Positions 1-9,583 are shown, counted from the stretch's first letter. The stretch is DNA of 64,000 bases from Acidimicrobiales bacterium (GCA_035569695.1 DATMMO010000182.1:3284-67283), one strand, 5' to 3'. Notes: generated by a model not told the origin, from the letters alone. Made by a program: numbers and translations.

Positions 1-255
1 CGCCATGCGCTGACCCAGGTCGACGGGGCGGCCATGTTCGATGCCCAGGGATCGCTCCGGAAGCTCGGCGTGCGGCTGATACCCAGCGCCGCGGCGGAAA
101 CGACGGTCGAGGCGTTTGGCGGCACCCGCCACACGTCCGGTCGGCGCTACAGCCATGACGATCCCCTGGCCACCGTGATTGCGGTGAGCGAGGACGGGCC
201 GGTATCCGTGCTCCGCGACGGTTCCGTGCTGGGCCGCTCGCGCCGCAACGACTGA
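1..255 (+). CDS. 3' end of a diadenylate-cyclase (DAC/DisA_N) domain protein. The 5' part lies upstream of the window.
   Basis: Frame-1 translation ...DGAAMFDAQGSLRKLGVRL...GGTRHTSGRRYS...ATVIAVSEDGPVSVLRDG matches the C-terminal DAC signature (DGA.., GTRHR.A, VSE-G.IS). The frame is open to position 1. Stop codon at 253-255. Confidence 0.55.
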   Translation, partial: RHALTQVDGAAMFDAQGSLRKLGVRLIPSAAAETTVEAFGGTRHTSGRRYSHDDPLATVIAVSEDGPVSVLRDGSVLGRSRRND

Positions 256-315
256 CCGCCCGTTCGGCCGACGAGCACCGGCGCAGGCCATCGGCGGCTG
301 ACAACCCATGCAGCG

Positions 316-1083
316 GTGACCGTCGACGGGCAAGCTAGTGCCATGCCCACTGACTCAGGTCACCGCCAGGTCGTCATCCTGGCCCCCATGCCCCTGGAGC
401 TGGACGCCATCGTGACGGCCTTCGGCCTCAGCCCTGCGAACGGGGAGACGGGCGATCCCCCATCGGGCCAGGTCGGTGGGTCGAACGTCACCGCCATCCA
501 CATCGGCATGGGTCCGCCGTTGACCCGGACGGCGACATCCCTTCTTTTCGACGAGACACAACCCGGTCATGTGCCCGTTGATCACGTCATGATCGCCGGC
601 ATCTGTGGTGGTCTCGATCCCGATCTCGATATCGGAACCCTGGTCAACCCGGAGGTGGTCATCGACCACAGCAGCGGCATGGCCTACCGGCACGACCCGC
701 CAGGGGATGCCCCCCGGGCCGGAAAACTCGTCACCACCGAGGGGGTGAGCCTCGACCTCGCCTTGAGCCGGCGTTTCTTGGCGGACGGCTGCATCGGTGT
801 CGACATGGAGTCTTCGGCGGTGGCCGAGGTGTGCGAGGCCCAGGGTTGCCCGTGGTCGGTGTATCGCTGCATCAGCGATCGGGCCGTCGACGGCCTGCTC
901 GATGAACGGATCGTGGCCCTCACCAACCCCGACGGTTCGCCCAATTCAGCCGAGGTCGAACGGCTCATCGCCGCCGAACCCGAGCTGCTCGACCGGCTGG
1001 TGCGCCTGGCCAATGACACGACCCTGGCCGCCCGGCTGGCGGCCGAGGCCGCGCTTCGCGGGTGTCTGGCCCTCGACGCCTGA
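316..1083 (+). CDS. Nucleoside phosphorylase superfamily protein, MTA/SAH-nucleosidase-like
   Basis: VVILAPMPLELD N-terminus, plus IGVDMESSAVAEV and YRCISDRA motifs resembling the MtnN/Pfs catalytic region. Start is GTG 316 or ATG 343. Confidence 0.7.
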   Translation: MTVDGQASAMPTDSGHRQVVILAPMPLELDAIVTAFGLSPANGETGDPPSGQVGGSNVTAIHIGMGPPLTRTATSLLFDETQPGHVPVDHVMIAGICGGLDPDLDIGTLVNPEVVIDHSSGMAYRHDPPGDAPRAGKLVTTEGVSLDLALSRRFLADGCIGVDMESSAVAEVCEAQGCPWSVYRCISDRAVDGLLDERIVALTNPDGSPNSAEVERLIAAEPELLDRLVRLANDTTLAARLAAEAALRGCLALDA

Positions 1084-1110
1084 GGGGCGACCGGCTCGAA
1101 CCGGGCCGGG

Positions 1111-1959
1111 TCAGGAGATGGCGCCGTTGAGGACGGCAGCAACCACCCCGCCGTCGACCAGCAGGTCGGTGCCGGTGATGAAAGACGACTGTGGCCCGAC
1201 CAGGAACTCGACGGCCGAGGCGATGTCGTGGGGCGTGCCCAGCCGGCCCGTCGGGCTCCCGGCCACCATGGCCCGCATGAACTCCCCGCTGGGCCCATTG
1301 AGCTCGACATTACCCATGGGCGTGGAGATGACGCCGGGAGAAATGGAATTGACCCGAGCCTGCCGATGGCCCCAGACGAGGGCGGCGGCCCGGACCCGAA
1401 CCTGGTTGGCTCGCTTGGCCATCATGTAGGCCGTCCCCGGATCGGGGATCACGTCGGCTGACAGCTCGGGCAGGTCGAGCAGGTCGGCGGTGGGTGTCGT
1501 CGCCAGTCGCACCTCCAGGTCGGGCTGGTGTGGAGCCATCGTCCCGGCCATGGAGGCGATGAACACGGCGGCCCCGCCGGGAGCGATGACCGACGCAAAT
1601 GCATCCAGCATCAAAGCTGTGCCCAGAAGATCCACCCGCAGGACGGCCTCGACCGGGGCTTGGACCGGTGACACACCGGCGGTGTGGACGAGCACCTCCA
1701 CCCGACCCAGGTTCGCCGCCTCTGCCGCCAATGCACCCACCGACGTCACGTGGGAGACATCGGTCAGCCGCTCGACCACCTGGTGGCCCTCGGCCCGCAA
1801 CTCGTCGGCCGCCGACCGCAGCGCGTCCTCGTTGCTATCGGCCAGCACGAGCGTGGAACCGGAGCCGACCCTGCGGGCGATAGCCATGCCCATGCCCCCG
1901 ATGCCGGTCACCACCACGACCCGTCCCGGTGAACCGATATCGTTGCCCGCTGCGCTCAT
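1111..1959 (-). CDS. SDR family oxidoreductase
   Basis: VVVTGIGGMGMAIARR dinucleotide-binding motif and YMMAK (YxxxK). It lies 12 nt downstream of the preceding SDR gene. Confidence 0.8.
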   Translation of the reverse strand: MSAAGNDIGSPGRVVVVTGIGGMGMAIARRVGSGSTLVLADSNEDALRSAADELRAEGHQVVERLTDVSHVTSVGALAAEAANLGRVEVLVHTAGVSPVQAPVEAVLRVDLLGTALMLDAFASVIAPGGAAVFIASMAGTMAPHQPDLEVRLATTPTADLLDLPELSADVIPDPGTAYMMAKRANQVRVRAAALVWGHRQARVNSISPGVISTPMGNVELNGPSGEFMRAMVAGSPTGRLGTPHDIASAVEFLVGPQSSFITGTDLLVDGGVVAAVLNGAIS

Positions 1960-1971
1960 GTGCCCGCTCGC

Positions 1972-2718
1972 TCAGATGGGCCGTCGAGGTGTCACCGCAA
2001 TCGACGGGATGGCGGCCGTTGCTCCGCATCGAAGGACCGCATCGACCGCGCCCACCAGGTGGTCCACATCCATCAGCTTGTCGGTGAGCACTCCCCTGGC
2101 CGTCCAGATGGGAAACATTTCCGCCGCCAGGTCCAAGTCCCACTGGGCGGTGAACTGTGAGGTGCCGTGGCCCTCGCCGCCCCCACACTCGCCCACCACG
2201 ATCCGGGTGAACCCGATGTCGGGGTGCTCGGAGCGCCATGCCTCGACCAGCTTCTCGAGCGCAGCCTTGGTGACGGTATAGGAGGCCAGGCCGGGCCACG
2301 GTGCCGTGAGCGAAGCGCTCACCGACGACAGGTAGGCGGCCACCCCTTTCGACTCGACCAGATGGGGAAGGGCAGCTGCGGTGACCTGGGAGGCGCCGAT
2401 GACATTGGTGGCGAAGGTGCGGTGCCAGTCGGCCACGCTCAGGTCCTCGATCCGGCGAAGCACGCTGATCCCGGCGGCATACACGACGGCGTCGATGCCA
2501 CCGAGCCCTCGGGCCGCCTCGTCCACGGCGTCGCGGCACGATGCCTCGTCGGTGGCGTCACAGGCGATGGCCAGGGTTCCCGGGCCTGCCTCCTTGGCCG
2601 CATCGGCCAAGAGGTCCTCTCGCCGGGCCAACAGGGCCACCTCGGCCCCTCGTTGCGCCAGGCCGATGCCGATGCACCGTCCCAGACCGGTCGACGCTCC
2701 CACAACGACTGCCCTCAT
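1972..2718 (-). CDS. SDR family oxidoreductase, paralog of 4450-5244
   Basis: Only the 3' 248 codons of the 538-aa ORF look genuine. MRAVVVGASTGLGR, YTVTK. A GAAGAGGGGGG Shine-Dalgarno sits before ATG 2718. Confidence 0.8.
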   Translation of the reverse strand: MRAVVVGASTGLGRCIGIGLAQRGAEVALLARREDLLADAAKEAGPGTLAIACDATDEASCRDAVDEAARGLGGIDAVVYAAGISVLRRIEDLSVADWHRTFATNVIGASQVTAAALPHLVESKGVAAYLSSVSASLTAPWPGLASYTVTKAALEKLVEAWRSEHPDIGFTRIVVGECGGGEGHGTSQFTAQWDLDLAAEMFPIWTARGVLTDKLMDVDHLVGAVDAVLRCGATAAIPSIAVTPRRPI

Positions 2719-2889
2719 GTGATCCCCCCTCTTCACCTCGACTGCCGGGGCGCTCCCGGTCGGGCCCCGCCGACACCGAAGACGACCATGCTCGTCGCGT
2801 CGGCCCCTGGCGTCACCGTTATAGCCGACGTCGATGTCGACGGCGATGCGGCCCCGGCCGGTTGGGCGGTGACGGTAGGTTGGCCGGTG

Positions 2890-3369
2890 ATGAGGTCCCC
2901 CGCCGCCGACGAGCATGCGATCCGTTCCGCCGACGGGGCCGACGCCGACTCGATCGGTCAGCTGCTGCACGATTTCAACCGGGAATTCGATGAGCCCACG
3001 CCCACACCATCGGCACTGGCCGACCGGGTCCGGCTGCTGCTCGGCGCCGGCGATATCACGATCCTGCTGGGCGGGACCGGACCGGACGGATTGGCCGTCC
3101 TGCGGTACCGCGCCGGGCTCTGGAGCGAGGCCCTCGAGTGCTCCGTGGCCGAGCTCTATGTGGTTCCCGACCGGCGGGGCCACGGGCTGGGCCGGGCCCT
3201 GATGGAGTCGGCCATCGATCAGGCCCGGGACCACGGCGCCGACTACATGGACCTGGGCACCAGCGAGGACGACGTGGTGGCCCGAAAGCTCTATGAGAGC
3301 CTGGGCTTCACCAATCGGGAGAAGCCGCCCGATGGTCCCATCATGTACGTCTACGAGCGAGAGCTGTGA
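2890..3369 (+). CDS. GNAT family N-acetyltransferase
   Basis: The 3' 159 codons of the 400-aa ORF. LYVVPDRRGHGLGRALM acetyl-CoA-binding motif. GTG 2887 is an alternative start. Confidence 0.75.
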   Translation: MRSPAADEHAIRSADGADADSIGQLLHDFNREFDEPTPTPSALADRVRLLLGAGDITILLGGTGPDGLAVLRYRAGLWSEALECSVAELYVVPDRRGHGLGRALMESAIDQARDHGADYMDLGTSEDDVVARKLYESLGFTNREKPPDGPIMYVYEREL

Positions 3370-3391
3370 CGCGGTACTAGAACGTTGGGCC

Positions 3392-4453
3392 ATGAACCAG
3401 GGGGAAGTCTTGGACCGCTTGTCCGGCTGGCTGGCCCAGCACCAGCCCGATCGGGGACGGCCGACGTTGACCGCATTGGGCCGGCCGGGCAGCGGGTACT
3501 CGGCCGAGAACCTGGTGATCGAGGCCCGATGGGAGGGCGGGGCCGAGGAGAAGCTCGTCTTGCGCCGGGACACGGACGACCGGCCCATCTACCCGGCCCA
3601 GTCGCCCGACACCACCACCGGGGTGCGGTTACAGCACTCGGTCATGGATGCGCTCCGGCGCCGCGGCCTGGTACCCGTGGCCGAGAGCCTGGGACTCGAG
3701 TTGGACCCGCAGGTGCTGGGCGCGCCGTTCTTCGTCATGGGCCACGTCGCCGGCGACGTGCCCACCGAGAGCCCGCCCTATACCCAGACCGGGTTCTTCG
3801 TCGACGCCTCACCCACCGAGCGGGCCCGGCTCCTGTCGGAGGGACTGCGGGCCCTGGCCCGGGTGCATGAGACGGACACGGACGACCCGGGGCTGGTCGA
3901 CCTGAACACCCCCGGGGTGGAACACGGTGCCGGACGGCAGCTCGAGATCTGGGAGGCCGACCTGCGAAGCGGACTGGCCGGTCGGAGCTCTCCCTTGTTG
4001 GACGACTGCCTGCAGTGGTTGCACGACGAGCTACCCCCGCCCTCGGCGCTGGTGTTCTCGTGGGGCGACTCCCGCCCGGGCAACATGATCTGGCAGGACT
4101 TCGAGGTGGCGTGCCTCACCGATTTCGAGGGTGCTTCTCTCGGCCCCCGCCAGCTGGACGTGGGATGGTGGCTCATGTTCGATCGCTGGATGCACGAGGG
4201 TTCCGGCATCGCTCGGCTGGCCGGCGAAGCGGACCGGTCGGAGCAACGGGCCATCTATGAGAAAGAAGCAGGCACGTCGATCGGCGACACCATCTGGTAC
4301 GAGGTCTTCTCCGCTCTGCGCTTCGCCACCACCGTGGTGCAGGTGATGAACCGGTGGGTGGCCCGAGGGGCGGTATCCGAAGACCAGACGGTCTGGCGCG
4401 ACAATCCGGCCACGGCGGTGCTGGCCGACCTGTTCGAGGAGGCGACAGGATGA
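3392..4453 (+). CDS. Phosphotransferase (APH/choline-kinase-like) family protein
   Basis: FFVMGHVAG..., FSWGDSRPGNMIW (catalytic-loop-like), CLTDFEGASLG (DFE/DFG-like). ATG 3392 follows the GNAT stop. Confidence 0.8.
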   Translation: MNQGEVLDRLSGWLAQHQPDRGRPTLTALGRPGSGYSAENLVIEARWEGGAEEKLVLRRDTDDRPIYPAQSPDTTTGVRLQHSVMDALRRRGLVPVAESLGLELDPQVLGAPFFVMGHVAGDVPTESPPYTQTGFFVDASPTERARLLSEGLRALARVHETDTDDPGLVDLNTPGVEHGAGRQLEIWEADLRSGLAGRSSPLLDDCLQWLHDELPPPSALVFSWGDSRPGNMIWQDFEVACLTDFEGASLGPRQLDVGWWLMFDRWMHEGSGIARLAGEADRSEQRAIYEKEAGTSIGDTIWYEVFSALRFATTVVQVMNRWVARGAVSEDQTVWRDNPATAVLADLFEEATG

Positions 4454-5244
4454 CGGGCCCCGAGGATGGGGGGCTCCCACGGTCGAACGGCTCGTTGGCC
4501 CGTCGCCGCTTGCTGGTCGTCGGAGCGTCGTCGGGCGTGGGGCGGGCCATCGGCCTTGCCGCCGCCGCCCACGGCGCCCACGTCGCCCTTGCCGCTCGAC
4601 GCCTCGAATTGCTGCAGACGGCGGTCGAGGCAGCGGGACCGCCGGCTCTCGCCCTTGGGTGTGACGTCACCGACGAGACCTCCGTCGAGCGGGCGGTCGA
4701 GGGGGCGGCATCGGCCCTCGGGGGTATCGACGCCATCGTCTACGCCACCGGGGTGGACCCCCTGGTTCGCATCGAGAGTGTCGACGCCGCGGCCTGGTCG
4801 CATCTCTTTGCCACCAACGTGACCGGAGCGTCGCTGGTCACCCGGGCCGCGCTCTCGTACCTGCGAGCAGTCCGGGGCCGGGCCGTGTTCATCTCGGCAA
4901 CCTCGGTGGGTCGGCCCCTGCCGGGGATGGGTGCTTACGCCACCAGCAAGGCGGCGTTGGAAGAACTGGCCCGGGCGTGGCGGTCCGAGCATCCCGAGGT
5001 GTCATTCTCCACCGTCGCCATCGGCATGACCCTGGGGACCGAGGTCACCGCCAACTGGGATACCGAGCTCTTGGGCCAACTGGCATCGGTGTGGGATACA
5101 CGCGGCCACCTGTTCGACAATGGCCCCGGTTACATGGGCCTCGAGGAGGTGGCCGAAACCGTGGTCTCGGTGCTGGCCGCGCCGGCCTGCCTCCCCTTTG
5201 TCTCGGTGCTGGCCGATCCCGCCCTCCAGCCCTCGTCGACGTGA
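4450..5244 (+). CDS. SDR family oxidoreductase, paralog of 1972-2718
   Basis: LLVVGASSGVGR, YATSK. Shares the ...AWRSEHP... region with 1972-2718. ATGA overlap with the upstream stop at 4450-4453. Confidence 0.8.
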   Translation: MTGPEDGGLPRSNGSLARRRLLVVGASSGVGRAIGLAAAAHGAHVALAARRLELLQTAVEAAGPPALALGCDVTDETSVERAVEGAASALGGIDAIVYATGVDPLVRIESVDAAAWSHLFATNVTGASLVTRAALSYLRAVRGRAVFISATSVGRPLPGMGAYATSKAALEELARAWRSEHPEVSFSTVAIGMTLGTEVTANWDTELLGQLASVWDTRGHLFDNGPGYMGLEEVAETVVSVLAAPACLPFVSVLADPALQPSST

Positions 5245-5257
5245 GGGCGGGGACCGG

Positions 5258-5701
5258 TCAACAGCTGAACTTGCCCTTCACCGTGGAGCCGGAGACCACA
5301 TCGGTGCCCTGGAACGTGCCGCCCTTGGATGACGCCGTCCCGGTATCGGTGGTGAGGGCCAGGGGCTTGCCGCCGAGGACCATGCCGATCTGAGCGTTGG
5401 AGAACTTGCCCTGTTTCACGTTGGCGTTCATGCCCAGGGTGTTGGCGTTGGTGCCGATGCCCAGAGCCACGCGGCTGGCGGTGACGAGGCATGCCCCGCC
5501 CGACAACTTGTAGGTCTTTCCGCCCACGGACACCGACGCCTTGGCGTTGGTTGACGTCGCCGCTCCGGCAACACCGGGAGCAAGCATGCCCCCCAGGGCC
5601 AGTCCGGCCACGGCTGCGGAGGCCAGGATCCTTCTGTTCACGGTCCAGGGGCTGGCCCCGTCGGTGTGCTTCGCCCGGTTGCGGGCGTTGAAAGACTTCA
5701 T
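5258..5701 (-). CDS. Secreted protein resembling the LpqH/19-kDa-antigen family, without a lipobox Cys
   Basis: Signal-peptide-like ILASAAVAGLALGGMLAPGVAGA. Mature part V.VGGK...G.C......V.L.IG...G..L......G.A...KG....G...G...K..FSC, with two Cys as in LpqH. GGAAAGG Shine-Dalgarno before ATG 5701. Confidence 0.5.
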   Translation of the reverse strand: MKSFNARNRAKHTDGASPWTVNRRILASAAVAGLALGGMLAPGVAGAATSTNAKASVSVGGKTYKLSGGACLVTASRVALGIGTNANTLGMNANVKQGKFSNAQIGMVLGGKPLALTTDTGTASSKGGTFQGTDVVSGSTVKGKFSC

Positions 5702-5838
5702 GATCAGACCTTTCCGCCTGGGCCCATTGGTGGGCCGGCCCGTCCCACTCTGCACCCATCGGCCGGAAGCGGCCTGAGTAGGCGTTACCTATTTCCCGGA
5801 GCCCCCGCCCGACGACCCACGAGCGATCCAGGCGCGGA

Positions 5839-6186
5839 TCATGAGCCCAGGCGGGCCCAGTCGATGTCGAACACCGACGGGTCCAACCGGGACAGTTCCA
5901 CCGGAACTTCGCTGCCGGCTACGAAGCGGCCGGCGGCGCCGAGCGGCACCCGCAACGAGGTGGCCAGCGGCTGAGGCGACCTGCCCGGCCGGGAGACGAG
6001 CAGGTCAACGGCGAAGACGGGGTCGCGATCGATGGTGGCTTGGCGGCGGCCCACCGCCACCACCGTGACGACGCCCATCACCCGATCGCTCGCGCTCATG
6101 ATTGCGTTTGGTCCACTCGTCAGGTCTCCGGTCGGACCGATCCCATCGTTTCTTGCCATCTCGGTACCAGTGTCGGGCAGCAACAC
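5839..6186 (-). CDS. Hypothetical protein, single copy of the module duplicated in 8921-9550
   Basis: The C-terminus ...AGSEVPVELSRLDPSVFDIDW aligns with ...PGSHVPVKIGSVPNAVVIDW of 8921-9550. The start is uncertain (GTG 6186 or ATG 6159). Confidence 0.45.
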   Translation of the reverse strand: MLLPDTGTEMARNDGIGPTGDLTSGPNAIMSASDRVMGVVTVVAVGRRQATIDRDPVFAVDLLVSRPGRSPQPLATSLRVPLGAAGRFVAGSEVPVELSRLDPSVFDIDWARLGS

Positions 6187-6195
6187 CGTCCAGAG

Positions 6196-6214
6196 ATGAG
6201 TAAGTCCTACTCAT
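6196..6214. promoter_or_regulatory. Perfect inverted repeat ATGAGTA-N5-TACTCAT, candidate LuxR/NarL-type operator
   Basis: Read directly: ATGAGTAAGTCCTACTCAT, in the divergent region between the 5839-6186 gene and the LAL gene. The same arms recur at 9584-9602. Confidence 0.4.
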
Positions 6215-6262
6215 TCCGGTGATCTCTGAGCACAGCCCGAGTGGGTCGGTCACTATGGGGTC

Positions 6263-8905
6263 GTGGAGCGCGAGGTCAGATTCGGGTCCCTATGGCCAAT
6301 AGTGGGGAGAGACGCGGAGATCCGCGCCCTGACCGAGGCGTTTGGCGACCCGAGGTGTGCCGGTGTCGCCCTCGTCGGAGCGGCGGGATTCGGCAAGACC
6401 CGGCTCGCGGTCAGGGCCCTGGATCTCGCCGGTGACCGCGGCATGCAGGTTTCCTCCATCAGGGCGACAAAGAGCGCCACCCACGTCCCCCTGGCCGCTC
6501 TGGGCAGCTTTCTGGGTGAGCTGGATCTCTCTACCGAGCTGGACACCGAGCTGTTCGCCGCCGCCACCAGGGCGATCGACGCCCGCCGGGGCGATCAACG
6601 CATGGTGCTGGTCATCGATGACGCCCACGAACTGGATGACGCCTCCGCCCTGCTCCTCGACCGTATCGTCGATCACGGGGGCGCGTTCATCGTCTTCACC
6701 GCCCGAGTGGGAGAGGGCGATCCCACCGCCGTCGTTCGGAAGTGGCGAGATCAGCAGTTCCTGAGAATCGAAGTAGGTCCCCTACCTGATCGCGACCTGC
6801 GGGCCCTGGCTGAACTGGCGGTTGGCGGACCACTGGAAGGCGCCTCCTTGCAAGCCATCGTGGAGTCGAGCCGGGGCAACGTCCTCTTTCTCCGCGAGCT
6901 GATCCATGGCGCGCTGGAATCGGGCGTGCTCGCCCCCGAACTGGGCCTGTGGCATCTCAAGGGCTCGCTGTCCCACTCCCCTCGACTTCGCGACCTGATC
7001 GAGGAGCGGCTGACCGGTTTGAGCGCGCTCGAGCGCGAAGCGCTGGAATTGGTCGCTCTGGGTGACCCGATCCACTTGACCCTGTTGGAGCGCCTCGTCC
7101 CTCTCCCGGCCCTCGAGCAGCTCGAACGACGAGGGCTGCTCGATGTGCTCGACAGTGATGCCGGTCCGGAGCTGCGCCTCAATCATCCCTTTTATGGCGA
7201 CATCGTCCGTGCGCAACTTCCCTCTCTTCGCCGCATGCTGCTCTCCCGTTCCCTGGCTGACGCCTCCGACATGGATGCGGTGGCCGAGGGCCGCGACGCC
7301 ATGCGTGTCGCCGTCTGGCGGCTCGAAGGGGGCGGTGGTGGCCGTATCGAGATCACCCAGGCCGCAGCCCGTACCGCCCTGCGGATGGAGGACTTCGCAC
7401 TGGCCGCCCGCCTGAGTCGGTCCGTCTGGGAGCAATCGCCGTCGGTCGATACCGCCCTCGTTCTCGGCGAGGCGCTGGACTTCCTCGGACAGAATCGTGA
7501 AGCCGACGACGTGCTGGCCACGGCCACGCCGATGGCCGTCGACGATCGGCAACTGACGAAATTGGCAGTCAGGAGGGCTGCCGCCCTCTATCGGTCTCTC
7601 GGGGAAGCCGACGCCGCCGACCAGGTCATTCATGAGGCCGTGGGCCGGGTGACCGAGCCGGCCTGCCGGCGGGAGCTCCAAGCCCTGCGGGGCAATCACC
7701 TGTTGATGGCCGGCCGGGTAGCCGCCGCCATCGAACTGGATGAGGAACTGCTTCTGGTGCCCGGGGACGCTGCGTTCGCCCAAGCCTCACTGGACGTCGG
7801 CGTGGCCCTGGCCCTGGCCGGACGGACCAGAGATGCCATCGACCACGTCGACCGGGCCCTCTCGGCTCGCCTGGATGTCGACGACGAGGAACAGCTCTCG
7901 GCGGTGGGTATCTATCTCGTCGCCCAATCGCTGGCCCACGCCCATGCCGGAGACCTGGCCGGCGCCCAAGGAGTCAGTGACGCGGGATACCAGGTCTCGG
8001 TCGAGAAGAACAATGCCGACGGCCAAGCGTGGTTCGCCTCCGTCCTCGGCCTGGCTTACCTGGAACAGGGGCGGCCGGTCTCGGCCATGAACATGTTCCG
8101 CGAAGTCGCCACCCTGTTCGGCACGCTCAACCATCCGGGCCGGCGGTGGGGGCTGGGGGGCATCGCCTTGGCCGGAGCCCTTGTGGGTGACAGCGAAGTC
8201 AGCGCCGCGGCGCTGAGGGAGCTCGACGACATGGCACCGGTTGCCGTGCACCTGCAGGATGTCCAGATCACCCGGGCCCGGGCGTGGACGGCGATGGTCC
8301 GGGGCGAGCTGACCGCGGCCCGCCGGCTGCTGTGGGAGGCCGTGGCCCTCGCCGACGGATGGGGACAGCACGGTGCCTCGGCCCAAGCCCTCCATGACCT
8401 GGTGCGGATGGGCGCCATCGATCCGGCTGCGGAGCAGCTCGAAGGCATGGGGGGCCTGGTCGATGGAGCCTTCATGGAGGCCAGGGTGCTGTTCGCTCGG
8501 GCATCACGCCTCAGAGACCTCACCCTGGCGGCCGCGGCCGCCGACCGCTTCGAAGCGATCGGAGCCAATCTGTTCGCGGCGGAAGCGGCCACCCTCGTGG
8601 CCGACCTGGCATCCGACGCGGGCCTGCGGCGGGTCAAGACCGACGCCGGGGTCAGAGCGGGCCGGTTGCTCGAGTTGTGCGAGGGCGCCCTCATTCTCGG
8701 GGTCACCGGCGGCAACGAGTCGACTCGGCTGACTGATCGGGAACGTGAAGTGGCCCAATTGGCAGCTCGGGGGCTGACCAGCCGCAAGATCGCCGAGGAC
8801 CTCTACGTCTCCGTGCGCACGGTGGACAACCACCTCCAGCAGGTCTACGTGAAGCTGGGCATCAAGCGGCGCAGCGAGTTGGCCGCACGCCTGTCGCAAC
8901 CATGA
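6263..8905 (+). CDS. LAL-type (large ATP-binding, LuxR family) transcriptional regulator
   Basis: N-terminal Walker A GAAGFGKTRLA and Walker B-like LVIDDAHELD. Long helical/TPR-like middle. C-terminal LuxR_C HTH LTDREREVAQLAARGLTSRKIAEDLYVSVRTVDNHLQQVYVKLGI. Confidence 0.85.
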   Translation: MEREVRFGSLWPIVGRDAEIRALTEAFGDPRCAGVALVGAAGFGKTRLAVRALDLAGDRGMQVSSIRATKSATHVPLAALGSFLGELDLSTELDTELFAAATRAIDARRGDQRMVLVIDDAHELDDASALLLDRIVDHGGAFIVFTARVGEGDPTAVVRKWRDQQFLRIEVGPLPDRDLRALAELAVGGPLEGASLQAIVESSRGNVLFLRELIHGALESGVLAPELGLWHLKGSLSHSPRLRDLIEERLTGLSALEREALELVALGDPIHLTLLERLVPLPALEQLERRGLLDVLDSDAGPELRLNHPFYGDIVRAQLPSLRRMLLSRSLADASDMDAVAEGRDAMRVAVWRLEGGGGGRIEITQAAARTALRMEDFALAARLSRSVWEQSPSVDTALVLGEALDFLGQNREADDVLATATPMAVDDRQLTKLAVRRAAALYRSLGEADAADQVIHEAVGRVTEPACRRELQALRGNHLLMAGRVAAAIELDEELLLVPGDAAFAQASLDVGVALALAGRTRDAIDHVDRALSARLDVDDEEQLSAVGIYLVAQSLAHAHAGDLAGAQGVSDAGYQVSVEKNNADGQAWFASVLGLAYLEQGRPVSAMNMFREVATLFGTLNHPGRRWGLGGIALAGALVGDSEVSAAALRELDDMAPVAVHLQDVQITRARAWTAMVRGELTAARRLLWEAVALADGWGQHGASAQALHDLVRMGAIDPAAEQLEGMGGLVDGAFMEARVLFARASRLRDLTLAAAAADRFEAIGANLFAAEAATLVADLASDAGLRRVKTDAGVRAGRLLELCEGALILGVTGGNESTRLTDREREVAQLAARGLTSRKIAEDLYVSVRTVDNHLQQVYVKLGIKRRSELAARLSQP

Positions 8906-8920
8906 CCGGGGTCGGGTCAA

Positions 8921-9550
8921 CTATGCCCGGCTGTCGGCCGCCGCCTTGTCCCAGTCGATGACCACGGCGTTGGGGACGCTTCCGATCTTGACCGGGACGT
9001 GGGACCCCGGGAAGAGGAACGGCAACGCGGCGGGCGGGGTGGGATTGCCCACCTGGATCTGGTAGGGATCCCTGTCGGTGGGCATGACCGTGAGGGTGTA
9101 CGCGTAGATCTCGACGCCGGAGGGGTTGCGCTTGTTGAGAGACGCCGACTCGACGATGACGGCCTGGGCCGGCTCCCCGGTGGCCAGGACCGTGGCGGCC
9201 GAGTGGTCGCCCGAGCCGGCGGCCATCGTGACTTGGGGCGGTGCCGTGGCCAGGTCGAGGGCGATGTCGGTCGGGTCCTCCGCGTTGACCCGAACGGCCA
9301 CCGTGGTCGAGCCCGGCTGGAACTGGGGTATCTGCACCTCGAGGACCCGTTGCTTGCACGTCGCCTCGTAGGGCTCCCTGCCGTCCAGGGTCACCTGTAC
9401 GGTGAACACACAGGAGCGCTGGACCAGGCCATTGCCGGTCTGCACCGTGGTACCGGTGATTCTGACGTCGGTGATCAGGCCCTGACCCAACAGCCCTGTC
9501 TGCAGGAGCTTCTTGTCAGTGCCTCCGGTGATTTTTCTGAGTAGTCCCAT
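8921..9550 (-). CDS. Conserved hypothetical protein with an internally duplicated module
   Basis: Two similar halves (..G.ITDV..TG.......V....FTV.V.....PY......V....P...PGS.V.V...). No TM segments or known catalytic motif seen. Confidence 0.6.
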   Translation of the reverse strand: MGLLRKITGGTDKKLLQTGLLGQGLITDVRITGTTVQTGNGLVQRSCVFTVQVTLDGREPYEATCKQRVLEVQIPQFQPGSTTVAVRVNAEDPTDIALDLATAPPQVTMAAGSGDHSAATVLATGEPAQAVIVESASLNKRNPSGVEIYAYTLTVMPTDRDPYQIQVGNPTPPAALPFLFPGSHVPVKIGSVPNAVVIDWDKAAADSRA

Positions 9551-9583
9551 AACGCCACTGTGCGACTTACACAGAAGCCCAAC

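Noticed and set aside
1972-3588. A 538-aa minus-strand ORF and the overlapping 400-aa plus-strand ORF (2167-3369)
   Set aside because: Only the 3' parts carry family motifs (SDR from ATG 2718, GNAT from ATG 2890). The N-terminal extensions are Arg/Gly/Pro-rich antisense read-through typical of high-GC DNA and would overlap each other.
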